A stretch of DNA of 64,000 nt from Longimicrobiales bacterium (GTDB taxonomy: Bacteria; Gemmatimonadota; Gemmatimonadetes; Longimicrobiales; RSA9): the NCBI GenBank assembly GCA_035461765.1, contig DATHUY010000145.1, positions 11,964 to 75,963 on the forward strand, in the 5' to 3' direction. The translations under genes were made by a program, and so were the position numbers. Below the pieces are notes generated by a model. That model saw only the letters and a program-made list of their open reading frames with translations. It was not told the DNA's origin and searched no databases. Position 1 is the first letter of the stretch; each line of letters starts with the position of its first letter. This document shows, one piece after another, positions 47,764 to 56,804 of this stretch.

Positions 47764-49433
47764 TGGCCCTCTACCGGCAGGTCAACAGTGAACATCGTGC
47801 CGCGGCCGGGCTCGCTCTGCACGCGGATGCGTCCGCCCATGTCCGTCACCAGGCGCCGCACGATCGACAGGCCGAGACCGGTGCCGCGCTCCTTCGTCGT
47901 GTAGAAGTCATCGAATATCCGGTCCACCGCATCAGGCGGGATGCCGGCCCCCGTGTCCGCCACGATGATCGCGACGCCGCGGTCCGGCGCCGCTGCGGCT
48001 TCAGCCGTGCGGATGGTCACGCGGCCTTCACCAGCGGGGAGGCTCTCCAGCGCATTGATCATGAGGTTCTCGAGGACGCGCCGGAGTGCGACCGGATCGG
48101 CGGTCGCATGCGGCAGCGGACGTGTGAGCTCGAGTGTGAGACGATCGTCATCGGGTACTCCCGTATCCCGCAGCGCCTCGATGATGGCGTTCACATCGCA
48201 CGGCCTGCGTTCCGTGCGCGGAGTGAGCCGCGCGTAATTCGTCGCCAGGTTCTCCAGATACCCGATTCCGCCCCGCAGTGTGCCCGCCCGCTCGTTGAAC
48301 ACAGCGGCGAGCTCTCCAGGCGACTCCTCTGCAACCTCGCCGAGGTGATGTATGACATTGCGGATCGGCAGCAAACCGTTGCGTATGTCGTGGTTCACCT
48401 GGCGAGCCATGTCGCCCACCGTCGCGCGTCGCTCCGCTTCACGAAGCTGCTGTGCGCCAGCGCGCAGGCGCTGCACCATCCGGTCGAGCAGCCGCGACAG
48501 CGACCCGATCTCGTCGCGCCGGGGCGTTGACAGCCGGACGTCGTAGCGCGTCAGCTCGACGCGACTGGCATTGCGGGCGAGCCGCTCGAGCGGCCGCGTG
48601 ACGCGTGCGGCGAGGATCCGTGCGATCACGAAGGCCAGCAGAAGCGCCGTTCCGAGCGCAATGGCGAACCATCGATCCACGAGAGCGACGATCGCATGCA
48701 GCGGCGCGAGCGATTGCGATATCATCCATGTCGCAGTATCGCCATCAGCGGCATCGTCACCGGCGATGAACGGAACCCCGATCGTCTGTGTGACCGCGTC
48801 CCCGGGCAGCGGCATGGCACCCGTGATGATGCCGTCGGGGCGCTGCAGCGTCACCAAAACGTTTCCGACAGTGTCCGTCAGCCGGGACACGAACGTCGAA
48901 TCGATTTCCACTCCCGCCACCAGCGCGAAGCTGCGGTCGCCGAGCTCGAACGATCGGGCACGCACGAGTGCCGTGAACGAGCCTGCCGGCCGGTGCGCTT
49001 CTACCACTGCGGGGCCTGAGATCGTGGCGAGTCCTGTCAGCCATGGGAGGTCCCGTCCGTAATCGTTGCGGAAATGGCCGGAGCTGAGAACGCTGCCACG
49101 CTCGTCGAGCAGCAGCATGAAGTCGAGTCCGGCCAGCCGCATCGCGTCCGGTGCGTAGTCGACCAGCGCCGTACCCGGCTCCGAATCGAGCAGTGCTGCG
49201 CGGGTGTCGGGGCGGTCCGTGGTCCGCGCCACCAGCGTGCGGATGCGTTCGTCGAGCACAGCGGCAGTGCGCGCGAGCTCGGCCTGCACAGCCTGCGCCG
49301 ACTGCTCCACGCTTTCCTGGTACTGGAGCGTGAGACGTTCGCGCACAACGTGACGGGCGCCCGCGGCGAGGACGAGGAGCGGTACGGCCGCGACGGCGAG
49401 GCAGGCGAGGAGTATGCGCGTGCGGAACGTCAT
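47760..49433 (-). CDS. Sensor histidine kinase (periplasmic domain, HAMP, HisKA, HATPase_c)
   Basis: H-box ARQVNHDIRNGLLPI, DTGAGIPP, GTGLGLSIV. 4-nt overlaps with both the upstream and downstream genes. Confidence 0.85.
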
Positions 49434-50746
49434 GGGCCGCCGAACCGGAGCGTGCCATCCGCGTCCACAGTCACACGGCCAATGCCCGCCCGATAGACCA
49501 GGTCGTCGCGAACGTCGATCAAGGGCGTCAGCTGCCAGTGCAGCAGCGGCGCGTACTCCAGGGCGGAGTCCGGGTTGCAGCCTGCGTGTTCCACGCGCCT
49601 GACCCGGGTCACGACAGCGAGCGCACCGCCGTCTTCCAGCGCCCCGCGCAGCTCGGCAGCGTCTACACCCACTGCGGTCGGCGCGGCGTGGGATGCCAGA
49701 CGGCTCGCAAGCCACTGCGGTGCACGTCCGCGCGCCAGCGCAGCGATTCGCTCCGCGATCGCTCGCGCGACCGGGTCTTCACGCAGGAACAGAATCCGGC
49801 CGGTCTGCCCGACGGTGATGCCTGCCGGCTCAGGGGCGACATGGTCACCGGCTTCCAGGACCGCGGCGCAGCCGTCCCACCAGAACGGCGGCTGTGCCGG
49901 CCGCGCCGCGGCGCCGACTACGGCGGAGGGGAACGCGTCCGCAGGAACGTCCGCATGGCCGTCCGCATCGCCAGTCGCGGCGAGCACGTATGTGCTGCTC
50001 CACGTCAGCGGCTCAACGAGGTAGCCGGAACGAGCGCGCGCGTACGCGATGACAGCGGCATCGTGCGTCACGAGGAGGTCGACGCCCGCATCGATCGCCC
50101 TGCGCAGGTCGGTGCCGAACGCCCGCACGACGATGGTATCCGGTACCGAGGCGCGCGCGACGTCCGCGCTCGGCCTTGCGGGCGAGCTGCGGAGGGCGAG
50201 CACCAGCGCACGGTCGCGCGGGCCGGGCGACAGGGTGTAGGCTCCGGTCCCCATCGGCGTTCCGGCACCGTCCGAACGTCGCACCGCAACGTAACGCCGC
50301 GCGAACAGGCTCACATCCGTCGACTCGGCGAGCATCACGCGCAGGTCGTACTCTCCCAGCGCACTCACACCCGCAAAGACGGGCAGCGTCGAGAGAGCAG
50401 TGGCGACGCTCCGTGCGTTTACCGGCGTGCCGTCGGAGAACGACGCGCCGCTCCGGATCTCGAACTGCCAGTCCCGACCGTTCCCCGAGGACCAGCCGAC
50501 CGCCAGGCCGCTGCCGACCCGGCCCATGCAGTCGACCCGTACGAGCGTCTCGTACAGTTGCGGGCCTGTTACAGGGTCCTCGAACGTGCCCGGTGTCGGA
50601 GCATCGGCGAGCCCCAGCGTGATGCGCGAGCGAGCGCTGTCAGCGACGACCACGCAGTCGTTACCTCCCGGAGCAGCTGGAGTCGGGACCGCGGGCGTGC
50701 AGGCAGCGGCCGTGACCAGTACTGCGATGTCGACAGTCCTGCGCAA
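49430..50746 (-). CDS. SBP family-5-like periplasmic lipoprotein, first gene of the HK/RR operon
   Basis: Lipobox LVTAAAC. SBP_bac_5-like block (LAVGWSSGNGRDWQFEIRSGASFSDGTPVNA). TTG start at 50746 preceded by GGAGG. Start uncertain. Confidence 0.55.
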   Translation of the reverse strand: MRRTVDIAVLVTAAACTPAVPTPAAPGGNDCVVVADSARSRITLGLADAPTPGTFEDPVTGPQLYETLVRVDCMGRVGSGLAVGWSSGNGRDWQFEIRSGASFSDGTPVNARSVATALSTLPVFAGVSALGEYDLRVMLAESTDVSLFARRYVAVRRSDGAGTPMGTGAYTLSPGPRDRALVLALRSSPARPSADVARASVPDTIVVRAFGTDLRRAIDAGVDLLVTHDAAVIAYARARSGYLVEPLTWSSTYVLAATGDADGHADVPADAFPSAVVGAAARPAQPPFWWDGCAAVLEAGDHVAPEPAGITVGQTGRILFLREDPVARAIAERIAALARGRAPQWLASRLASHAAPTAVGVDAAELRGALEDGGALAVVTRVRRVEHAGCNPDSALEYAPLLHWQLTPLIDVRDDLVYRAGIGRVTVDADGTLRFGGP

Positions 50747-50932
50747 GGAACCTCCCCATCCGGGAATCGAACGACGCCAGGCACTGCCGGGACAAGGTAG
50801 GACACGCAGTCGGCTGACGGGAGGCCCGGCGAGAAACACGATCCGGGGCACGAATGAAGGTGAGATCGGCCAGATGACGCACTCCCATGAAGAGGCATCA
50901 TTGCACCGTTTCACCTTCGGAGGAGCCGATCC

Positions 50933-53392
50933 ATGCATGATCCACGACGTCATCCTGCCTGTACGACCTTCCTCGCGGTCTCCCTCACGTTCCTGCTGGC
51001 ATGCTCCGAGGACGCGAACGGGCCGACCGATCCGGGGAGCTCGACACCGCCGGCATCAGTCGATGCCTACATGAACACACTGCCGGACACCTGGGCCGAC
51101 TATGCGCCACTCGAGCCGACTTCCAACGCCGTCGCAGGCGCGGCGACCACGACCGAGCAGACGGTCCAGGAGCCCGGCCCCGGCGGGATCGTGCAGCCGG
51201 TGATCTACGCTTGCACCGAGACACCCTACTCTCTGACGGACACGCCCGCAGAGATCGCGATGTATCAGCCGAACGCCAACATCATGTGGCTCGGCAACCT
51301 GATCCAGGGTGCGAGCTACAAGGGTGGCAGCGGCTCGTTCGAGGAGCTGACGATCACCGAGCGCGACACTCTCACGATATCGATCGACCTCCTGACGCAG
51401 GACAACGTCGCGGTCATTCCGCGTCCCACACTCGGCAGCGTGCAATCGGCCGTTGGCGGCCTCATCGAGCGTGCGGCGGACCGCGGCCACAAGACGGGAT
51501 CGAGCATCTCGTGGGAAGAGAACATCACGTACTCCGTCGAACAGGCTGCGCTCCAGCTCGGGCTGTCCGCGCGCTACCTGGGCGGCAAGGCCAAGACCGA
51601 TCTGTCGACGTCACGTGTCGCCAACGAGAAGACGTACACTGCGCATTTCGTGCAGAGAATGTTCACGATCGCGATCGAGCTGCCGGCGAGCGCCGGCGAC
51701 TTTTTCACGGACGATTTCACGCAGGCGAAGCTCGAGAAGCTGATCAGCGACGGCTACATTGGTCCGAACAACCCGCCCGTCTACATCGCGAGTATCTCGT
51801 ATGGCCGGATCCTCACGTACTCGCTGACGTCCACGCACTCGGAGCACAGGATCAAGGCGGCGATATCCGCATCGTACAATGGCGTCGCCGGCGGGGCGAG
51901 CGGCTACACCGAGGCGGAGCTGCTCGAGACGCTCGATCAGCAGAATGTCCGCGTAGCGACGATCGGGGGCGATGCGCAGAACGTTTTGAACCTCATCGCC
52001 ACCGGCAATCTCAAGGCGTACTTCACCAGCGATGAGCCCGTCTCGCTCACGACGGCACGCCCCATTTCCTATCAGCTCAACTACCTCGGTGACAACAGGA
52101 CCGCAGAAGTCTCCGAGACGAGCAGCTACACGCTGACCGAGTGCAGCCCGAAGGCCGCGGCCGGCGGACGCTTCGACTTCCCTTCCATACAGGAAGGCTC
52201 ATCGCCCGTCCCCACACCCTACTCCGTCACGACCGGCGACTTCAACGGCGACGGCCGTGGCGATCTGCTGTGGAACCACCTGGTCTCCGGATCCAACCGC
52301 ATCGCCGTCGGGTTCGGAATGACCGACGGAACGTTCGACATCCGAACGGCAGTTACCCATGACATGACGCCGCCGGAAGGCTGGGGCAACGGCTACACGA
52401 TGCACGTCGGTGACTTCAATGCCGATGGTCTCGACGATCTAATGTGGAACCGCGTCCGGGGTGGCGGTGCGAACCGCGTCTACATCGCAATCTCGAACGG
52501 CGATGGCACGTTTGCCTTCCGCACACCCACAACCCATCCGAATGAGCCCGCATGGATCGACGGCTGGCGTACTCACGTCGGCGACCTGAACGGCGATGGC
52601 CGCAGCGACATCATCTGGAACCTGCTCGGCCAGTCCAACTACACGTTCACTGCCCGTGCCGTCACCGACAGTACATTCGCCTATAGCGGACGCATGACAC
52701 ATCCGTCACAGGGATTTCAGCCGTACGTCGCCTACATCGGCGATGTCGACGGCGACGGTGATGACGACATCACATGGAACAAGACACCGTCCGACAACTG
52801 GATCCACTTCGGCCGGTCGAACGGCAACGGCACGCTGACCCTGTCGATGTCCGCGCAGTCCATCGGCTCGGCCGCCGGCTGGCAGTCCTACGTGACGAAC
52901 ACGGGCGACGTCAATCGCGATGGCCGCATGGACATGGTCTGGACCGTGCACGACGCGGCGTTCATTCTGCACCGCGCGCTGGGCGAGACGAACGGCCGGT
53001 TCCGTCACCTCCAGTATTCGAGCCACGACCCGCTCGACCTGCAGGGCACGCTCGAGACGCTGATGGGCGATTTCAACGGGGACGGCGGCGACGACCTCCT
53101 GTTCATCGATATCGGTGTCGGCCGCAACCACATGACGATAGCGCAGGGCAACGTCGATGGCGGCTTCGACTTCACGCCGACGCCGCAGGAGCATCCGGCG
53201 AGCGCGGGCTCAGAGGACTGGACGGCGTTCCGCGGCGGGATCCTGGTGCTGGACGTGAACGGCGACTGTCGCGATGACGTCGTCTGGAACGAGCGGTCCG
53301 TGACGAACCGGATCTATGTCGCGCTGGCGCGCGGGCAGGGCTCGTGCGCGGCGCCCGGCATGATGAGCGGGCGTTCAGCTCTGCGCTGGTGA
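50933..53392 (+). CDS. Lipoprotein: CDC-like (thiol-activated cytolysin fold, D1-D3) pore-forming module fused to seven FG-GAP/VCBS repeats
   Basis: Lipobox TFLLACSED. CDC blocks NEKTYTAHFVQRMFTIAIELP and NPPVYIASISYGRILTYSLTSTHSEHRIKAA, with the FF (aa 257-258) ... YGR (aa 290-292, nt 51800-51808) signature. Seven repeats of the GDFNGDGxxDLLWN type fall between aa ~428 and 815. GGAGGA RBS. Confidence 0.8.
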   Translation: MHDPRRHPACTTFLAVSLTFLLACSEDANGPTDPGSSTPPASVDAYMNTLPDTWADYAPLEPTSNAVAGAATTTEQTVQEPGPGGIVQPVIYACTETPYSLTDTPAEIAMYQPNANIMWLGNLIQGASYKGGSGSFEELTITERDTLTISIDLLTQDNVAVIPRPTLGSVQSAVGGLIERAADRGHKTGSSISWEENITYSVEQAALQLGLSARYLGGKAKTDLSTSRVANEKTYTAHFVQRMFTIAIELPASAGDFFTDDFTQAKLEKLISDGYIGPNNPPVYIASISYGRILTYSLTSTHSEHRIKAAISASYNGVAGGASGYTEAELLETLDQQNVRVATIGGDAQNVLNLIATGNLKAYFTSDEPVSLTTARPISYQLNYLGDNRTAEVSETSSYTLTECSPKAAAGGRFDFPSIQEGSSPVPTPYSVTTGDFNGDGRGDLLWNHLVSGSNRIAVGFGMTDGTFDIRTAVTHDMTPPEGWGNGYTMHVGDFNADGLDDLMWNRVRGGGANRVYIAISNGDGTFAFRTPTTHPNEPAWIDGWRTHVGDLNGDGRSDIIWNLLGQSNYTFTARAVTDSTFAYSGRMTHPSQGFQPYVAYIGDVDGDGDDDITWNKTPSDNWIHFGRSNGNGTLTLSMSAQSIGSAAGWQSYVTNTGDVNRDGRMDMVWTVHDAAFILHRALGETNGRFRHLQYSSHDPLDLQGTLETLMGDFNGDGGDDLLFIDIGVGRNHMTIAQGNVDGGFDFTPTPQEHPASAGSEDWTAFRGGILVLDVNGDCRDDVVWNERSVTNRIYVALARGQGSCAAPGMMSGRSALRW

Positions 53393-56017
53393 TCCGGCGC
53401 TGCACGTGCCGCCGTCATCGATGCCGGCGGCACGTGCAGCGGCACACGCGGCGCGCGTGTCCGGATGCTCCTGGCCGATGCGCTCGCGCAGCGCGCGGAG
53501 GGCCGCTTCGAAAACCGGCGCTGCCTCTGCACTGCTGCCTGTTACGGCCAGTCCGAGGGAAAGCGCGATCGCCGCACGACTCCGGACCGGGTCGCCGGGC
53601 TCCAGCCGTTCGACGGCAATGGTGTGCGCTTCACGCAGCAGCGGCATCGCGGCTGCGGTATCGGATGGCAGCAGGAGTTGTCCGAGTGCCACGAGTGTGT
53701 GAATGGTGACGCGCGGCGAGTCACGGGTCGATCCACGCCGGATGTCGAGTGCCGTGCGGTACTTCTGTTCAGCGGCCGCACGGTCGCCCTGCGCCTCGGC
53801 AAGGACGCCCTGCGAATGGAGCACGTATGCTGTGCCCGGATGGTCTTCGCCGAGCGTCGTGTGATAGACGACGAGCGCTGCGCTGAGCAGCGAGTCGGAT
53901 TCCACATGATCGCCGGGCGCGCCGCGCAGGGCGAGCAGTGTGCCGAGCGAGAAGAGCGATTCGCCGGTGAAGCGGTGGTCGGGGCCGAACACCTGCCGGC
54001 GCACGGCCAGGCCGCGCCGGGCGAACGGCTCCGCTTCATCATAGCGGCCTGCTTCACGTAGCATCATGGCGAGGTTGTCGAGACCGAAGCTCGTGTTCGG
54101 GTGGTCCTCGCCGAACTCGGCCAGATAGAGACGGAGCGTTTCACGCATGAGCGGCTCAGCCTCGGCGTACTGGCCGTGGTGTGTCAGCTGGAGGCCGAGA
54201 TTGTTGTAGACCGGAGCGTTGTCAATGTGATCGGGGCCGAGCACGCGCTGCTGGAGCTCGAGCACCTGACGGTACATGTCCTGCGACTCCTCATCGAGTC
54301 CCTGGCGCGCGAGCGATGTCGCGAGGTTGTTCATCGCACCCATGACCGCGTCGTGCTGCTCGCCCAGGACGGGGCGCCCCAGTGCGATCGCTTCCCGGAA
54401 ATAATGCGCGGCGGTGTCCGGCTGCCCGAGCCTGTCGAATGCGCTACCCAGAACGTTCATGTCGGATACGAGCAGCGAGTCGACGCCCTGCGGCAGCGTG
54501 CGCCGGACGTCCACGGCACGTGCAGTGAGGTCGGCAGCGGAGCGGTACTCGCCCAGCTGCAGCTGCACGCGGGCAAGCACGCTGAGCAGCTCCGCCTGAA
54601 CGGCGGGCTGGTCCGCCAGTTCGTCCGCGCGCTCCACGCCGCGCTCGAGCAGCTCACGCGCAGTCACCTCGGAGCCGCGCGTAGCGCGCGGGTCGCTCGC
54701 CTGGAACAGACCCGTCAGGAAGTCCTTGACCACGTTCGCCTGGGCCAGCGCAGTGACGGCGTCGGCACGCGCGGATTCCGCGCGCCGTGCCTGCCACGTC
54801 GTCGCCCCGAGTCCACCGGCCAGCGCGAGCACGAGTGCGGCCGCGGCCGCGACGGCGCCGGCATGGCGTCGCACGAACTTGCGTGCGCGGTAGCTGATTG
54901 TGGCCGGGCGTGCCAGCACCGGCTGACCGGCAACGTACCTGCCGATGTCCTCGGCAAGTTCCCGCACCGACGGGTACCGCGCTTCGGGCTCCTTCCGGAT
55001 CGAGCGCGCCACGATGTTGTCCAGGTCACCCTGCAGCGCCCGCCCGCTGACCGACCACGCGCTTCCGGTGCGTTGCCGAACCGCCACGCTCGCTGCAGGT
55101 GGATCCATCTCCAGCACTCGCCTTTGCTGATCCGCCGTGGAAGCCTGCGCGCCGAACGGCTGCTCGCCTGTCAGCAGCTCGTACAGCAGAACACCGAGCG
55201 AGAACACATCCGTGCCGACCGTGACACGCTCGCCGCGGATCTGCTCCGGACTCGCGTAGGAGGGAGTGAGCCGCCGCTCCATCAGTGCCGTGGCATCGGC
55301 ATTCCCGGCGAGCGGCTTCGCAATGCCGAAGTCCACCAGCTTCGGCACGCCGTCCGCATCCACGAGGATGTTCGACGGCTTGATGTCGCGGTGCACGATC
55401 AGCGACGCATGCGCGTGCTGCACTGCATCGCAGACGCGCAGGAACAGCTCGAGCCGTGAGCGCAGATCCAGCTCGCGACGCTCGGAATACGCCGTGATCG
55501 CCTCCCCATCGACGTATTCCATGACCAGGTACGGCGTACCGTCCGGCGCATCGCCGCCGTCCAGCAGGCGCGCGATGTTCGGATGCGTGAGGTCGGCCAG
55601 CACCTGCCGCTCGGCGCGGAACCGGCGCGCCAGCTCGGCATCGGCGAACCCGCCGCGCACGATCTTGATCGCGACCTGCGCGTGATATGCATCGTCCGCG
55701 CGCTCCGCGAGCCAGACCGTGCCCATGCCGCCGCGGCCGAGCTCCCTCAGCAGCCGGTACGGACCCAGCAGCCGTCCGCTGCCTGCGCCGTCACTCCACT
55801 CGCGCGCCGCCGTCTGTATGGCGCCCGAGACGATGCCGAGCGTCGCCGCCTCTTCGTGCGCGTCGAGAAGTCGGCCGACCAGCGCGCGCAGCTCCTCATC
55901 AGCGCCGCACATGGTTTCCATGAAGTCGGTGCGGTCGGCCGCATCCAGTTCGAGCGCGGCGTCGAAGAGCGCCTGCGCACGGTCGAGCCTTTCGCGATCC
56001 ATGGTAATCTCGTTCAA
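53375..56017 (-). CDS. Ser/Thr protein kinase with a TM segment and a C-terminal TPR array
   Basis: HRDIKPSNILV, DFGIAK, SPEQ. TM segment AVAAAAALVLALAGGLGATTW. Multiple TPR_12-like repeats. 4-nt overlap with the ECF sigma stop. Confidence 0.9.
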   Translation of the reverse strand: MNEITMDRERLDRAQALFDAALELDAADRTDFMETMCGADEELRALVGRLLDAHEEAATLGIVSGAIQTAAREWSDGAGSGRLLGPYRLLRELGRGGMGTVWLAERADDAYHAQVAIKIVRGGFADAELARRFRAERQVLADLTHPNIARLLDGGDAPDGTPYLVMEYVDGEAITAYSERRELDLRSRLELFLRVCDAVQHAHASLIVHRDIKPSNILVDADGVPKLVDFGIAKPLAGNADATALMERRLTPSYASPEQIRGERVTVGTDVFSLGVLLYELLTGEQPFGAQASTADQQRRVLEMDPPAASVAVRQRTGSAWSVSGRALQGDLDNIVARSIRKEPEARYPSVRELAEDIGRYVAGQPVLARPATISYRARKFVRRHAGAVAAAAALVLALAGGLGATTWQARRAESARADAVTALAQANVVKDFLTGLFQASDPRATRGSEVTARELLERGVERADELADQPAVQAELLSVLARVQLQLGEYRSAADLTARAVDVRRTLPQGVDSLLVSDMNVLGSAFDRLGQPDTAAHYFREAIALGRPVLGEQHDAVMGAMNNLATSLARQGLDEESQDMYRQVLELQQRVLGPDHIDNAPVYNNLGLQLTHHGQYAEAEPLMRETLRLYLAEFGEDHPNTSFGLDNLAMMLREAGRYDEAEPFARRGLAVRRQVFGPDHRFTGESLFSLGTLLALRGAPGDHVESDSLLSAALVVYHTTLGEDHPGTAYVLHSQGVLAEAQGDRAAAEQKYRTALDIRRGSTRDSPRVTIHTLVALGQLLLPSDTAAAMPLLREAHTIAVERLEPGDPVRSRAAIALSLGLAVTGSSAEAAPVFEAALRALRERIGQEHPDTRAACAAARAAGIDDGGTCSAGSPAQS

Positions 56018-56580
56018 GCGGTTCTCAGACGATCGTACAGCCAGCTGCGGGCGAAGCGGAGATCCCGGTGGACGGTGACCGGCGACACGCCGAGCAGCTC
56101 GGCCGCATCCTCATAGCTCACACCGGCGAAGTAGTGCAGCTCGACCAGCCGGGCCTTTCGCTCATCCAGCGCCTCCAGCTCTTCGAGAGCGCGGTCGACT
56201 GCTATGATGTCGATCGGGTCAGGACCATCCTCACCGGCCGGATCGCCCAGCGTGACCGCGATCACGCCGCCGCCGCGTTTCAACCGCTGGCGAGCCCGTG
56301 CGTGGTCGACCAGCACCCTGCGCATCGTGCGCGCGGCCACGGCCAGGAAATGGCGCCGCCCCTCCCAGCCGACCTCCGCCCCCGCGAGCCGCAGATACGC
56401 TTCATGGATCAGAACGGTCGTCTGCAGCGTGACGGAGCCCCGCTCATCACGCAGCGAGCGGCTCGCGATGGCCCGCAGCTCATCGTACACGAGCGGAATG
56501 AGCCGGTCCAGCGCCGAGGCGTCGCCCGCGCTCCACGCGGACAGGAGTGCCGTTACGTCGGCGTTTTCGGGATTCGGCAT
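56014..56580 (-). CDS. ECF sigma factor of the TIGR02999 type (kinase-associated ECF group)
   Basis: VTALLSAWSAGDASALDRLIPLVYDELRAIA, HEAYLRL, VDHARARQRLKRGGG, VTVHRDLRFARSWL. Start placed at the ATG at 56580 (ORF-track start 56604 is possible). Confidence 0.85.
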   Translation of the reverse strand: MPNPENADVTALLSAWSAGDASALDRLIPLVYDELRAIASRSLRDERGSVTLQTTVLIHEAYLRLAGAEVGWEGRRHFLAVAARTMRRVLVDHARARQRLKRGGGVIAVTLGDPAGEDGPDPIDIIAVDRALEELEALDERKARLVELHYFAGVSYEDAAELLGVSPVTVHRDLRFARSWLYDRLRTA

Positions 56581-56656
56581 AGACCAGGGCGGCGAAGGGG
56601 TCACTGACGAAAGCTACAATGGGCGGGTGACGGAAGGAACAGCAACGAATCCGATT

Positions 56657-56785
56657 GCGGGAGCGGGAACGGGAACGGGAACGGGAGTGTGTTCGGGTGC
56701 GGCCGCCGCAGCAGGTTCCTGTGATCAGCGGTTCCGCGTGCTGTCCCGGTCCCGCGATCCGCCAGCGCTCCCGCTCCCGCTCCCG
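56657..56785. repeat. Hexamer microsatellite (NCGGGA)x5 plus inverted (CTCCCG)x3, containing a copy of the GGGAACGGGAGTGTGTTCG core (locus 3)
   Basis: GCGGGA GCGGGA ACGGGA ACGGGA ACGGGA at 56657-56686. CTCCCG x3 at 56768-56785. Core at 56677-56695. Lies in the divergent intergenic region between the ECF sigma and Fpg-like genes. Confidence 0.75.
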
Positions 56786-56804
56786 GTATCGTATAACTAT
56801 AGGA

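Noticed and set aside
50755-50825. CGGGAATCGAACG looks like the reverse complement of a tRNA T-arm (GTTCGATTCCCG).
   Set aside because: I could not build a matching T-stem, acceptor stem or anticodon arm from the flanking ~75 nt.
50747-50932. Search for a sigma-54 (-24 GG / -12 GC) promoter upstream of the CDC-like gene. I also searched at 43563-43871 and 30527-30727.
   Set aside because: Candidates such as GGGCACGAATGAAGG, AGGCATCATTGCA, TGGCAAAACACGTTAC and TGGCGGGACACGAATGCA have wrong GG-to-GC spacing or lack the GC. A PWM scan would be needed for a definitive answer.
50933-53392. Annotating the CDC-like protein as a canonical cholesterol-dependent cytolysin or haemolysin.
   Set aside because: No undecapeptide or Ig-like domain 4 is present, and the C-terminus is a propeller. 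Cholesterol dependence cannot be inferred.
56657-56785. Repeated short units, considered as a possible CRISPR array.
   Set aside because: The units are contiguous 6-mers with no spacers, and no cas genes are present. This is a microsatellite/palindromic repeat, not CRISPR.
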